Shown here piece by piece: positions 38,612 through 48,450 of a stretch of DNA of 64,000 nt. A program made the translations under genes and the position numbers. The DNA lies in the IMG/VR virus record IMGVR_UViG_3300025009_000051, positions 1 to 64,000 of that record, one strand, 5' to 3'. Position 1 is the stretch's first letter. Every line of letters starts with the position of its first letter. Under the pieces are notes generated by a model that was not told the DNA's origin, did no database searches, and was given only the letters and a program-made list of their open reading frames with translations. This DNA is from a virus.

Positions 38612-38652
38612 ATGAAAATTAATTAACCAATAAATAAAAATAAATTTAAACA

Positions 38653-40797
38653 ATGAAAGAATTCACAAGGTTAATTCAAGCACAGTTTGATAAAATGTGT
38701 GCTACAGGAAAACTGTTCAGAAGCTCATTAAGTGGGCAAGAAGTTTGGGATTTATATATTAAAGGATTTTTACCTAAGTATAATCCAATATTTAGAGACC
38801 CAGACAGTTCTACGCATAATTGCAATCTTTGCAAAAACTTTATACGAAGATATGGTAATATTGTAGCAATAGATGAAAAATATGATATTGTTACTATGTT
38901 TGATATTTATCCTCCGGAAGAATTTGAAATGGTTGTAAAAAGTTTGTCAACTGCTATTAAGAAAGCTAAAATAAGTGAAGTATTTTTTGAAACATTTGAT
39001 GAATTGAATTCTCTTCCTTATGAACGATGCACTAAAAGCAACGAAAAATTCAAATTGGGAGTAGATGTGAATTACAAACAATACACAAAAGAAGAAGCCG
39101 AAAAATTTGGTGTCACATTCATTAAGCCAGAAGAAATAAGAACATTTGATCATTTACATTTATATTTACCAAAACAATATGTAGATATGAGTGGAAAATC
39201 AATTGAATCCATTATGGCTGAATATCGAGATGCTAAAGAAGTATTTAAAAGAGCAATGGATGAAATTCCGGTAGATACTTTGAATCTTGTAGTTGATTTA
39301 ATTAATCAAGGAAGTTTGTTAAATGGTCAAACACATTTATATAAGATACAACAAATCTTACCATTGAAGAAAAATTACGATGAACTTGCAAAATCAAAAA
39401 CAGATACTTGGTGCTGGGTTAATTCATATAAACTTCCTTTCGCAAAATTTAAAAACGAATTGATAGGAGTATTATGTACTGAGTTAGCTGAAGGGAAAGA
39501 ATTAAACGACGCCTGCCAAGCATGGAATAAAAGAGTTGATCCTGCAAATTATATGAAGGCTACTGCTCCAATCACTAAAAATCAAATTGAAGAAGCAAGA
39601 AAATTTGTAGAAGAAAATGGTTATACCGAATCATTTGATAGAAGATTTGCATCTATAGATGATATTAAAGCTTCTGAAATTAAGCATATTAATGTTGGGG
39701 ATGGAAGAATGAAATCAGTTTCTATTTTTGATAATGTTAAATCAACTTCTACAAGACATAAAAGAAGTGAATTCGATGGAGTTGAAGAAGTATCGATAGA
39801 AAAATTTATGCAAGACATTTTACCTGGTTGTACTTCGGTAGAAGCGTTTTTAGCAAATAAATTTGGTGAAAATATGGTTTCACTCACTACTTCAAACAAT
39901 AAAGAAGGCAAACCCATTTTTAAATGGTCTAATAATTACAGTTGGACATTCAATGGAAATTTGGCAGGTAAAAGTATGATTAAAGAAGCTGTCCAAACCA
40001 AGGGTGGAAAAGTAGATGGAGTTTTGAGATTTTCAATAATGTGGGCAGAAGGTGAAACAAACGATAATTCAGATTTAGATGCTTGGGCGGCAGAACCAAA
40101 TGGAACAGCAATTGGATATTCGTCGGGATATAGAAAAGATCGAGGAAACACCAGAACTTCGATGTCAGGACAATTAGATGTTGATATCACAAATCCAGAT
40201 AGCTATTATCATAAAAACATTGTTGAAAATATAGCTTGGACAGATTTAAGTAAAATGAAAAATGGAAGTTATAGATTTTGGGTTAATCAATTTTCTGCAA
40301 GAAATTCTAAAGGATTTAAAGCCGAAATAGAATTTAATGGAGAAATTTATTCTTATGTTTACGACACGCCAGTTTCAGGGAATGTCAATGTTGCAGAAGT
40401 TACTTTGAATAATGGTGAATTTACAATTAAACACATTTTACCAGAAAGTGAAACTTCATCAAAAGAAATTTATGGATTACAAACAAATGAATTTCACAAA
40501 GTCAATTTAGTATGTTTAAGTCCGAATCATTGGGATGATAATAAAGTTGGAAACAAACATTATTTCTTTATGTTAGAGGGTTGTAAATGTCAGACAAGCA
40601 TTAGAAGTTTTCACAATGAAAATTTAATACCAGACTTATTATTGCACAGAAAAGTATTGGAAGTATTAGGTGCAACGAATATGATTAATCCTACAGAAAA
40701 ACAATTATCAGGATTAGGATTTAATGCTACAGTTCGAGACGAAGTCATTTTAAGATTACAAGGTACATTTAAAAGAGTAATAAAAGTAAAATTTTAA
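38653..40797 (+). CDS. Large uncharacterised phage protein with C-terminal YfaP/DUF2135-like beta-sandwich
   Basis: HNCNLCKNFI Zn-like motif; VDPANY; GVLRFSIMW...SDLDAWAAEPNG...GQLDVD...VENIAW...Y.FWVNQF. Confidence 0.65.
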   Translation: MKEFTRLIQAQFDKMCATGKLFRSSLSGQEVWDLYIKGFLPKYNPIFRDPDSSTHNCNLCKNFIRRYGNIVAIDEKYDIVTMFDIYPPEEFEMVVKSLSTAIKKAKISEVFFETFDELNSLPYERCTKSNEKFKLGVDVNYKQYTKEEAEKFGVTFIKPEEIRTFDHLHLYLPKQYVDMSGKSIESIMAEYRDAKEVFKRAMDEIPVDTLNLVVDLINQGSLLNGQTHLYKIQQILPLKKNYDELAKSKTDTWCWVNSYKLPFAKFKNELIGVLCTELAEGKELNDACQAWNKRVDPANYMKATAPITKNQIEEARKFVEENGYTESFDRRFASIDDIKASEIKHINVGDGRMKSVSIFDNVKSTSTRHKRSEFDGVEEVSIEKFMQDILPGCTSVEAFLANKFGENMVSLTTSNNKEGKPIFKWSNNYSWTFNGNLAGKSMIKEAVQTKGGKVDGVLRFSIMWAEGETNDNSDLDAWAAEPNGTAIGYSSGYRKDRGNTRTSMSGQLDVDITNPDSYYHKNIVENIAWTDLSKMKNGSYRFWVNQFSARNSKGFKAEIEFNGEIYSYVYDTPVSGNVNVAEVTLNNGEFTIKHILPESETSSKEIYGLQTNEFHKVNLVCLSPNHWDDNKVGNKHYFFMLEGCKCQTSIRSFHNENLIPDLLLHRKVLEVLGATNMINPTEKQLSGLGFNATVRDEVILRLQGTFKRVIKVKF

Positions 40798-40828
40798 AAA
40801 AAATATAAACAATTTAAATCAAAAAGTC

Positions 40829-41203
40829 ATGTATAAACAAGCAAGTCAATTAAAATTAAGAGTGCAAACTCGAGTAGGCGGATTATCCGTAGAACAATTG
40901 TGGGATTTAAATCAATCTGATTTATCCAATGCCATTAAAGCTGTTAAGAAAGTATTAAAGAAAACTGATGACGATGAATTATCATTTTTGGAAGATACGA
41001 AAGTAGTAGATGTTGAAAACCAACTTAGGTTTGATATTTTGAAAGATATTTATCTTACCAAGAAGAAAGAAGCTGACGAACTCAGAACTGCCGCAGAAGT
41101 TAAAGAACACAATCAAAAGATTTATGCAAGAATGGCAGCAAACAACGAAAAACAATTGGATAATTTATCTAATGAAGAACTTCAAAAGTTGATTAAGCAA
41201 TAA
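40829..41203 (+). CDS. Helical partner protein of the 714-aa protein
   Basis: ASQLKLRVQTRVGGLSVEQLWDL...SFL...LRFDILKDI...LSNEEL pattern. Confidence 0.65.
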   Translation: MYKQASQLKLRVQTRVGGLSVEQLWDLNQSDLSNAIKAVKKVLKKTDDDELSFLEDTKVVDVENQLRFDILKDIYLTKKKEADELRTAAEVKEHNQKIYARMAANNEKQLDNLSNEELQKLIKQ

Positions 41204-41268
41204 ACTTTGTTATTTTGAGGAGTGTGATATTAATTGCACTCTTCAAATTTTTATTTAAATTATTTGAA

Positions 41269-41484
41269 ATGATTAAGAAATTAAATATCAATCTAAATGA
41301 TTATGAATACAAATGTGGTGATGGATGTTGCGATAATTATGGCACAATAACCACAATAGATGGAATTGAATTATCGTGCCATAATCAAGATCCAGGAACA
41401 ATAGTAAAACAAATTTTAGAGCATCTTGGATATGAAGTAAAAGTTACTCTAAGCTATAATGGAGAATTAATTGCAGAATGTTAA
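41269..41484 (+). CDS. Hypothetical protein
   Basis: YKCGDGCCDNYG motif; start reassigned to the internal Met. Confidence 0.6.
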   Translation: MIKKLNINLNDYEYKCGDGCCDNYGTITTIDGIELSCHNQDPGTIVKQILEHLGYEVKVTLSYNGELIAEC

Positions 41485-41507
41485 AATAAAAAAAAATCAT
41501 AAATAAA

Positions 41508-41867
41508 ATGGCAAAATTAAGAAGAACAAGAGATGGAGAAGGTGAAGAAGGTTCTATGACAGAAGCAATTGCTTGGAATGAAGACGGAACATTTAAAGAA
41601 ATAGTAGGTGAATCACCTGTAGTGGGTTGTTCTATGAGAGTAGGAAGTCCATTTGCAAGATCTTATTCAACCAGAGATTGGTGGATGACCACAGTAATTA
41701 CAGAAATATTGGAAACAATAAAAAATGAAGAAACTCATTATGTTAGGTTTAAAACTCAAAATTCAGAATATGAATGGTGGATTGGAAAATATCCAAAAGA
41801 AAAATTAAAAAGAAACATTTCTTTTGAAAATATAAAAGATACATCTTTTTTCAACTCAGACAAATAA
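41508..41867 (+). CDS. Hypothetical protein
   Basis: WWMTTVITEI...FKTQNSEYEW motif. Confidence 0.6.
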   Translation: MAKLRRTRDGEGEEGSMTEAIAWNEDGTFKEIVGESPVVGCSMRVGSPFARSYSTRDWWMTTVITEILETIKNEETHYVRFKTQNSEYEWWIGKYPKEKLKRNISFENIKDTSFFNSDK

Positions 41868-42035
41868 AAAATAATTAAAATAAAAAATTATGACCACCGA
41901 AATTATTAACATTGCTCTTATACTTGTTATCATTCTTAATTTAATTTCTGTATATAGAAATTATAAAATTAAACAATATGATATTGCAAGTGTAAATTTA
42001 TTTGTAGCAATTTTTTGTATTATTGCATTATTTAT

Positions 42036-42293
42036 ATGAAATATCCAAAATTGACGACTCAATTTGGAAGATGGACTTGTAATGATTGTGGTAAAGACTG
42101 TATGGAAGATAATAAGGACTATTATATGGTCAAACATGAAATATGGAATGAACACGGAGTCGGAGAAGGAATGCTGTGCATGGATTGCATGGAAAGAAGG
42201 ATGGGCCACAAACTAACCAAAGAAGATATTCTAGAATGTTTTGTAACGACCATATTTAATTCATACACTTCTAAAATATTAAGACAAAAATAA
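42036..42293 (+). CDS. Small Zn-finger protein
   Basis: CNDCG...YYMVKHEIW...LCMDCMERRMG. Confidence 0.65.
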   Translation: MKYPKLTTQFGRWTCNDCGKDCMEDNKDYYMVKHEIWNEHGVGEGMLCMDCMERRMGHKLTKEDILECFVTTIFNSYTSKILRQK

Positions 42294-42373
42294 AGAGTCA
42301 TTAAATAAAAAATATTTGAAAATTAGAAGAAAATAACTTATAATTCTATTTATTAATTAAATTTTTAAAAAAT

Positions 42374-42751
42374 ATGTCAACAGAAATTTTAACCAACAAA
42401 GGTGCATTTGTTTCATCCTTAATGAGAAACAACAGAAAGATAAAAGAAGACAGAGCGCAAGCTATTGCAGAAGACGTCGAATTAAAGTATAAACGTCAGA
42501 TCGAAGATTTGGAAATGGAAATCAAACAACAATATCGAAATTTGAATTCCATGATGGATTTATCTCCAGACGATGCTAACAGTTTAGTTCCAGCTAAGAA
42601 TTTTGATGCAAGTAAATATGTTGCAGAAGATCAAGAAATTGCATTGAAAATTCGTAATTTAGAAATTAAATTAGAATTGGCAAGATCAAGATATAAAAAA
42701 TTATTTGTAGAAGAAGCTACTGAAGAATTAATTTCAACTAAAGAAGAATAA
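42374..42751 (+). CDS. Coiled-coil protein, first gene of the vWA-AdSS operon
   Basis: LMRNNRKIKEDRA...LSP; 2-nt gap to the vWA gene. Confidence 0.7.
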   Translation: MSTEILTNKGAFVSSLMRNNRKIKEDRAQAIAEDVELKYKRQIEDLEMEIKQQYRNLNSMMDLSPDDANSLVPAKNFDASKYVAEDQEIALKIRNLEIKLELARSRYKKLFVEEATEELISTKEE

Positions 42752-42753
42752 TC

Positions 42754-43641
42754 ATGGGAGGAGGATTTTATTCGTTGGCGAGTAGAAGTACTCGAGCTAC
42801 TTCTTCTGGTTATTATACTAAATCAGCAAATGAGATATTTTCTCATTCAATGAAAGAAAGTATGAACCCAAAGAATGCCAAATTAAGAGAGTCAAGGGAT
42901 TCAACAGATAATCCAAAATCTCTTGCAATTATTGTTGCATTAGATTTAACTGGTTCCATGGGGCATATTCCGCACGATTTGGTTAAAGATGGTTTGCCCA
43001 CAATGGTAGATACAATGTTACAAAAGAAAGTGGTTTCTCCACAAATTTTATTTCTTGGGATAGGAGATCATGAATGTGATAGGGCACCATTACAAGTTGG
43101 TCAATTTGAAACAAGCGATGAATTAATGGATAAATGGCTAACTGACATTTGGATTGAATTCGGAGGAGGCGGTAATACCGGAGAAAGTTATTTATTAGCT
43201 TGGTACTTTGCTGCTTATCACACTGCAACAGATTGTTTTGAAAAAAGAGGACAAAAAGGATTTCTATTTACAATTGGAGATGAAGCAACATTAAAAACTC
43301 TTCCTACACATGCTTTAGATAATATTATGGGATTGGGACAATATCAAAACTTTACTGCAGAGGGATTATTGAAAGAAGCTCAAAAGAAGTATAATGTATT
43401 TCACATTCATGTTACAGAAACCGGAGCAGGAAGAGATGAAAGAGCCCAACAAAGTTGGAAACAATTGATAGGACAGAATGTAATTTTTGTGAATGATTTT
43501 AAAGATATACCAATTACAATTGCAGATTTAGTAGCAAAGAATAATAAAACAAATCATTCTGAAATTATTGATGGGGTATCAACTAAAGAAGAAGTTAAAA
43601 TAAATTCAGACACTGAGCAAATTGAAGAAGAAATATTGTAA
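42754..43641 (+). CDS. vWA (MIDAS) domain protein
   Basis: IIVALDLTGSMG, GGGNTGESY, FTIGDE. Confidence 0.85.
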   Translation: MGGGFYSLASRSTRATSSGYYTKSANEIFSHSMKESMNPKNAKLRESRDSTDNPKSLAIIVALDLTGSMGHIPHDLVKDGLPTMVDTMLQKKVVSPQILFLGIGDHECDRAPLQVGQFETSDELMDKWLTDIWIEFGGGGNTGESYLLAWYFAAYHTATDCFEKRGQKGFLFTIGDEATLKTLPTHALDNIMGLGQYQNFTAEGLLKEAQKKYNVFHIHVTETGAGRDERAQQSWKQLIGQNVIFVNDFKDIPITIADLVAKNNKTNHSEIIDGVSTKEEVKINSDTEQIEEEIL

Positions 43642-43654
43642 ATTTTAAAATGTT

Positions 43655-44773
43655 ATGCAAAAAGTCCAATCAGTAATTGGATTAGGTTTTGGAGACGAAG
43701 GTAAAGGTATAACTACCGATTACCTTTGCTCTAAAGCTGATAATCCATTAGTAATAAGATTTTCAGGAGGCCAACAAGCAGGGCATACTGTTTATCTAAA
43801 TGATAAGAAGCATGTGTTTTCTAATTTTGGCTCTGGTACTCTTCGTGGAGTTCCAACTTATTGGTCTAAATATTGTTCATTTGATCCTGAAGGGGCATTA
43901 AATGAATTAAAAGTTTTAAAAGAAATTGGAATAGAACCGATCTTATATATAGACTGCAAATGTCCTATCACTACACAATTCGAAAAATTCTTTAATCAAA
44001 AAAATAATTTTGCTCATGGTACCGTGGGAGTCGGAGTTGGCCCAACATTCAAAAGAGAAGAAGAGTTTTATTCTTTATTAGCAGAAGATATATTCTTTCC
44101 AGAAGTGGTTAAAATTAAATTAAAATTATTTTATAGCTATTATAATTCTACAGGATCTTTAGAGGAATATTCAAATTATTTTTTAAATTTACTTGAACAG
44201 ATAAAAAATTCATTTATAGTCACAAAGAATATGAATATGAATTTTATCAAGTATGATTTAATTGCAGAGGGTTCTCAAGGATTATTATTAGATCAGCATC
44301 ATGGATTTTTTCCTCATGTTACTCGTTCTAATACCGGAACAAAAAATTTAATTGAAATGGGATTAGAACCAGAATTATTTCTTGTCACAAGAGCGTATCA
44401 AACTCGGCACGGAAATGGTCCAATGTCAAATATAGGATTAGATTTAAATTTAATTAAAAATAAAGATGAAACAAATGTGTATAATGAATATCAAGGAGAA
44501 TTCAAAAAAACTGTTTTGGATTTGAGTCTCTTACAATATGCAACATACAAAGATGAATATATTAGAGATAATATTTTAAATGCTACTCTTGTTATCACTT
44601 GTATAGATCAATTAAATACAAGATTTCCTATAACCTTAACCTTAAAAAATGATATAAAATATTTTGATAATAAAAATGCGTTTGTTAAATTTATTAAAAA
44701 TCAATTAAATGTTAAAGAAGTATATATTTCAGAATCTCACTATGCAGACGATATTAGAAAATTTGAAGAATAA
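43655..44773 (+). CDS. Divergent adenylosuccinate synthetase-like protein
   Basis: GFGDEGKG, GGQQAGHT, EGSQGLLLD, PHVTRS and RAYQTRHGNGP present; aspartate-binding TTGRxR loop absent. Confidence 0.85.
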   Translation: MQKVQSVIGLGFGDEGKGITTDYLCSKADNPLVIRFSGGQQAGHTVYLNDKKHVFSNFGSGTLRGVPTYWSKYCSFDPEGALNELKVLKEIGIEPILYIDCKCPITTQFEKFFNQKNNFAHGTVGVGVGPTFKREEEFYSLLAEDIFFPEVVKIKLKLFYSYYNSTGSLEEYSNYFLNLLEQIKNSFIVTKNMNMNFIKYDLIAEGSQGLLLDQHHGFFPHVTRSNTGTKNLIEMGLEPELFLVTRAYQTRHGNGPMSNIGLDLNLIKNKDETNVYNEYQGEFKKTVLDLSLLQYATYKDEYIRDNILNATLVITCIDQLNTRFPITLTLKNDIKYFDNKNAFVKFIKNQLNVKEVYISESHYADDIRKFEE

Positions 44774-44978
44774 ATTATATAGATTTTTCTTTCCTTACAA
44801 AGCTTGGATTAAATTAAGAGAAGAAAGTAAAGATGAATTTGGCGATAGAATATGCTATTGTGGACATACTGATAGATGTTCATGTTTAAATCCAGATAAA
44901 ACATTATTTAAAGAATCTCTGAAAAGAGGAGATATAATTTTATGGGATAAAGAAAATGGTTGGAAACAAATGGAATAA
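44709..44978 (+). CDS. Hypothetical protein
   Basis: CYCGHTDRCSC motif. Confidence 0.5.
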   Translation: MLKKYIFQNLTMQTILENLKNKLYRFFFPYKAWIKLREESKDEFGDRICYCGHTDRCSCLNPDKTLFKESLKRGDIILWDKENGWKQME

Positions 44979-44993
44979 AAATATATTAAAAGA

Positions 44994-45025
44994 TTTGTTT
45001 GTTTCGTTTTTTTAGTTTATATTTG
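44994..45025 (+). promoter_or_regulatory. Early promoter TTTG-N20-TATATTTG
   Basis: Exact spacing; 20 nt upstream of ATG 45046. Confidence 0.75.
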
Positions 45026-45045
45026 TAGTATAAAAACAAAATAAA

Positions 45046-45467
45046 ATGAAATCAATATTTAATGGAGGTTTAGAACTTGGAATTTTTAAAATTGTTGGAG
45101 ATGAAAATTTATCTGAACAAGACTTAGAAAGAAAAAAATATTTAGAATCTCTCCCAAAAAATAAATGGGTAACTTTAGATGAAAATGGGCAAGCAATATC
45201 AGATCAAGAAGCAACTGAATTAGCCAAGAAAGAAATTAAAAAATATGCTATTATTAAAAACAAAAAATAATGGAAATACAAATTGCAAAAACTGATTATT
45301 TTAAGAAAGGAAATGAATATTCTTCTAAAGAAGACATTACAAGAATAAATTTAATTTCAACTTTATCTGGCGCGAATCTTTTCAATTATTTTGAAATAGA
45401 TTCCATAGGAACCTACATTTGCATTAAAGATTTAATTTTCAAACAACAAATTTATAATTTGAATTAA
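45046..45467 (+). CDS. Two small hypothetical proteins (45046..45270, 45270..45467)
   Basis: Coupled ORFs after the promoter. Confidence 0.55.
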
Positions 45468-45469
45468 CC

Positions 45470-46780
45470 ATGAACCAACCCTTAATTTTCAATTTTTTAA
45501 CTTCTCAAGCATGGATTAACTCTTTATATTCCTTTTCTAATAAAGTTGAAATATATCTTGTTGGAGGATATATTAGAGATATGTTAATGGGGAAAGAAGG
45601 TCATGATATAGATTTATTAATTACCAATATTTCTCATGAAGACATTCAAGAAAAAATAAAGGAATTTGGTCATTTAGTTGAAACAAATGGTCATTTCAAA
45701 ACAATAAAATTCAGACCGTTTAATTGGGATTCTAAATATGAAGACATTGACATAGTAATTCCAAGAATCGATGTTACAATGTCAGATGAAGAGTTTAAAA
45801 TTGCAAAAGAAAAAGATCCTGCCCTAAACAAACATCAAGCATTTAAGATTATTTGGGATATGAATCTCGACGCTAAACATGATTTAATTCGGAGAGATTT
45901 TACTATTAATTCAATGGCAGTAGATATTAAGACACATGAATTAATAGATCCTTTCAATGCTCAAAAAGATTTGTATAATGGCAGAATTAAAATGACTAAT
46001 GCAGATACATTTAAAGATGATCCAGTAAGAATGTTGAGAGCGTTTAGATTTGCATGTAGATATAATTTTGTAATTGAAGCAGATACACTTAATGAAATAA
46101 TCGCCAATAAAGAACTTATAGCGGGGATTTCACCTGAGAGAATATTAATGGAATTTAAGAAAAGTTTCGAACAAATTAATACTGATCCTTTATTAAAAAA
46201 ATACATTAAATTAATTCAACAAACCAAAATATTAGATGAATTAATTTCAAGAGATGAAGAATTAATATCTGACTCTTATAAATGTTATATGCTCAATAGA
46301 CCAATAACATCATTCGCTTGGTTTGTGTATTTAATTTTAGGTACTCACAATTATGTGATTTCTCCTTCAGTCAGTTACTCTGAAATATTAAAAGGAGATA
46401 AAGAAACTGAACTCGAAATTGACACAATAGATAAGATAAATAAATTTATAATTGATAAGAGTAGAGAAGATAATGATTATGTTTATAGAAAATTAGCATT
46501 TTACGTTTATAATAAATGTAAAGCTTGCACCAATTATTTTTTTAATGATAAAATAAACAATGCATTTCGAGAAATAATATCATCTAATTTTATAAAGTCT
46601 ACAAAAGATTTAGCTTTAGATGGAGAGGAAATAAAAAAATTATTAGGAATAAATGATTCTAATTTAAAAATGAGAGCTAAAGAAATTGGTGAAATGCAAA
46701 GAAAATTAATAGATTTGATTTTACAAAACATCGCAAAAAATACAAAAGAAAGTTTAACCTATTTTATTAAAACATTATGA
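45470..46780 (+). CDS. cca: tRNA nucleotidyltransferase (CCA-adding)/poly(A) polymerase family
   Basis: YLVGGYIRD, DIDL, DLIRRDFTINSMA and DDPVRMLRAFRF motifs. Confidence 0.88.
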   Translation: MNQPLIFNFLTSQAWINSLYSFSNKVEIYLVGGYIRDMLMGKEGHDIDLLITNISHEDIQEKIKEFGHLVETNGHFKTIKFRPFNWDSKYEDIDIVIPRIDVTMSDEEFKIAKEKDPALNKHQAFKIIWDMNLDAKHDLIRRDFTINSMAVDIKTHELIDPFNAQKDLYNGRIKMTNADTFKDDPVRMLRAFRFACRYNFVIEADTLNEIIANKELIAGISPERILMEFKKSFEQINTDPLLKKYIKLIQQTKILDELISRDEELISDSYKCYMLNRPITSFAWFVYLILGTHNYVISPSVSYSEILKGDKETELEIDTIDKINKFIIDKSREDNDYVYRKLAFYVYNKCKACTNYFFNDKINNAFREIISSNFIKSTKDLALDGEEIKKLLGINDSNLKMRAKEIGEMQRKLIDLILQNIAKNTKESLTYFIKTL

Positions 46781-47458
46781 AAGAAAATAAATTTACAGAC
46801 ATTAAGAAATTTGAAAATGTTGAATTCGATGGAGTAGATCCGAAAGACGCTCCCGATTATTCAGATGCATTTATTGTAAGTGCAGATTATGATGGAATTG
46901 CATTGACAGAAGAAGAACTTGATGAAATAGATGCAAGTTTAATGTATGAACTGTTAATGATTCATTTTTATGGATGTGTATAACAGAAAAATATCAATTT
47001 CTAGACGGTAGGAAATACGAAACTCAAATTAAAAAAAGAAAATTATGGAATATAAATTAAACGCACAAGACGAAAATCCATATTGGAGAAACTATATGGA
47101 TAATGTAAATAATGATGAACAATGGATGAAGGAAGTTAAATTGAACTTACCCATACCATCAAAAAGTTATGTAACATATTCAGAAGAAGAATTTGAACAA
47201 ATGTTGATAAGTGATATTCAATTTAACGATAAATGGGGAAACTGTATTTGATTATGGCTTATGAAAACAATTGTATCTAAAACAAATATTTATGAATATT
47301 ACGAATTAAATGACTATGGGCGACGCCAAGCAATAGAAAATTTTGTAAATAGTAAAATATACCAATATTCTTATGCTTGGAGTGATGAAAAACGTATAAG
47401 AACTATTATAAACGACAAAATGTATTTTACATATACAGGAGATATAGTTCCAACTTAA
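46777..47458 (+). CDS. Three small hypothetical proteins (46777..46983, 47045..47251, 47261..47458)
   Basis: Co-oriented short ORFs; the first has the DAPDYSDAFIVSA.Y.G..LTEEEL motif. Confidence 0.55.
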
Positions 47459-47514
47459 TACGTCATATTGGCATTGAATTAAATAAAAAAATTATTAATT
47501 AAAAATAAATAAAA

Positions 47515-48027
47515 ATGAAAAAATTAAGGATTATTGTGTTATTATCATTTATGGTAATGTTATTTGGATTTGGATGTGGAGAAAGCGGGTCTCCATCAGA
47601 TACAGAAATGAGCAAACAAAATGAACTAATTCTTCAAGAATCAATCAGACAATTGGGTATGCCGGCAATTGTGAATTTTCAAGAAAAGAAAAACTTGAAA
47701 TGGATATACGAATTATGTGATCAAGAAAAATTTATTTGCCATGTATATCTTTATAATGCTATGACAGGTGAAGTAGGTCAATATTTGGGTGAATGTATTG
47801 GATATGGAATTCCTTATTCTACTCAATATAGTAATCCACAAAAAGTAGATATTTGGAATTATTCATCTGAAGGAATTTATACACTACCACAAGCAGAACC
47901 TAATGGATTATTTAAAGCTGAAGGACAAAGTGCCACATGGGTTATTATGATTGATCCAGTAAGCAAAGAACCAAGACCAGTGTATATTGAACCGGATATT
48001 ATTGTATCACCATTTAAATTGAAATAA
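47515..48027 (+). CDS. Phage lipoprotein
   Basis: Lipobox FGFG/C; IGYGIPYSTQYSNPQ, PQAEPNGLF and YIEPDIIVSPFKL motifs. Confidence 0.75.
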   Translation: MKKLRIIVLLSFMVMLFGFGCGESGSPSDTEMSKQNELILQESIRQLGMPAIVNFQEKKNLKWIYELCDQEKFICHVYLYNAMTGEVGQYLGECIGYGIPYSTQYSNPQKVDIWNYSSEGIYTLPQAEPNGLFKAEGQSATWVIMIDPVSKEPRPVYIEPDIIVSPFKLK

Positions 48028-48057
48028 TATTAAATTACCATTTAAATTAAAATAACT

Positions 48058-48390
48058 ATGAAAAGAGAAATTGGAATTGGAATCTTTGTATTTGTAATCG
48101 TAATTGTCGTTGGAATAGGATTATCATACGCATTCGGGTGGATTGGAGTTCATCAGACAAAGACAATTTATAAAGAAAAAGAAAATGCAAAGAGAGAAGT
48201 GTTTGAACAAACTCAATCTTATGTAGAAGGTAAAAGACAAGAAGCATTAAAGTTTTATCAAGAATATCAAGCAGCATCATACGATGATAAACAAACAATT
48301 GAAAAAATGGTATCACTTTCGTTTGCTAATTTTGATGAAACTAAATTAGAATCTCCACTTCGAGAATTTGTTTATAATTGTAAATATTAA
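48058..48390 (+). CDS. Single-TM helical protein paired with the lipoprotein
   Basis: N-terminal TM segment; REVFEQTQSYVEGK motif. Confidence 0.7.
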   Translation: MKREIGIGIFVFVIVIVVGIGLSYAFGWIGVHQTKTIYKEKENAKREVFEQTQSYVEGKRQEALKFYQEYQAASYDDKQTIEKMVSLSFANFDETKLESPLREFVYNCKY

Positions 48391-48402
48391 TTGAATAATT
48401 TG

Positions 48403-48434
48403 AAAAGAGTAAATTAAATTGTTTTTACTCTTTT
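48403..48434 (+). terminator. Intrinsic terminator
   Basis: AAAAGAGTAAA / TTTACTCTTTT stem followed by a T-rich tail. Confidence 0.65.
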
Positions 48435-48450
48435 CTTTATTTTTAAAAAC

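Noticed and set aside
43655-44773. PurZ / 2-aminoadenine (Z-genome) pathway
   Set aside because: The P-loop is GDEGKG with Asp, not the Ser of PurZ, and no dATPase or MazG-like partner genes are adjacent.
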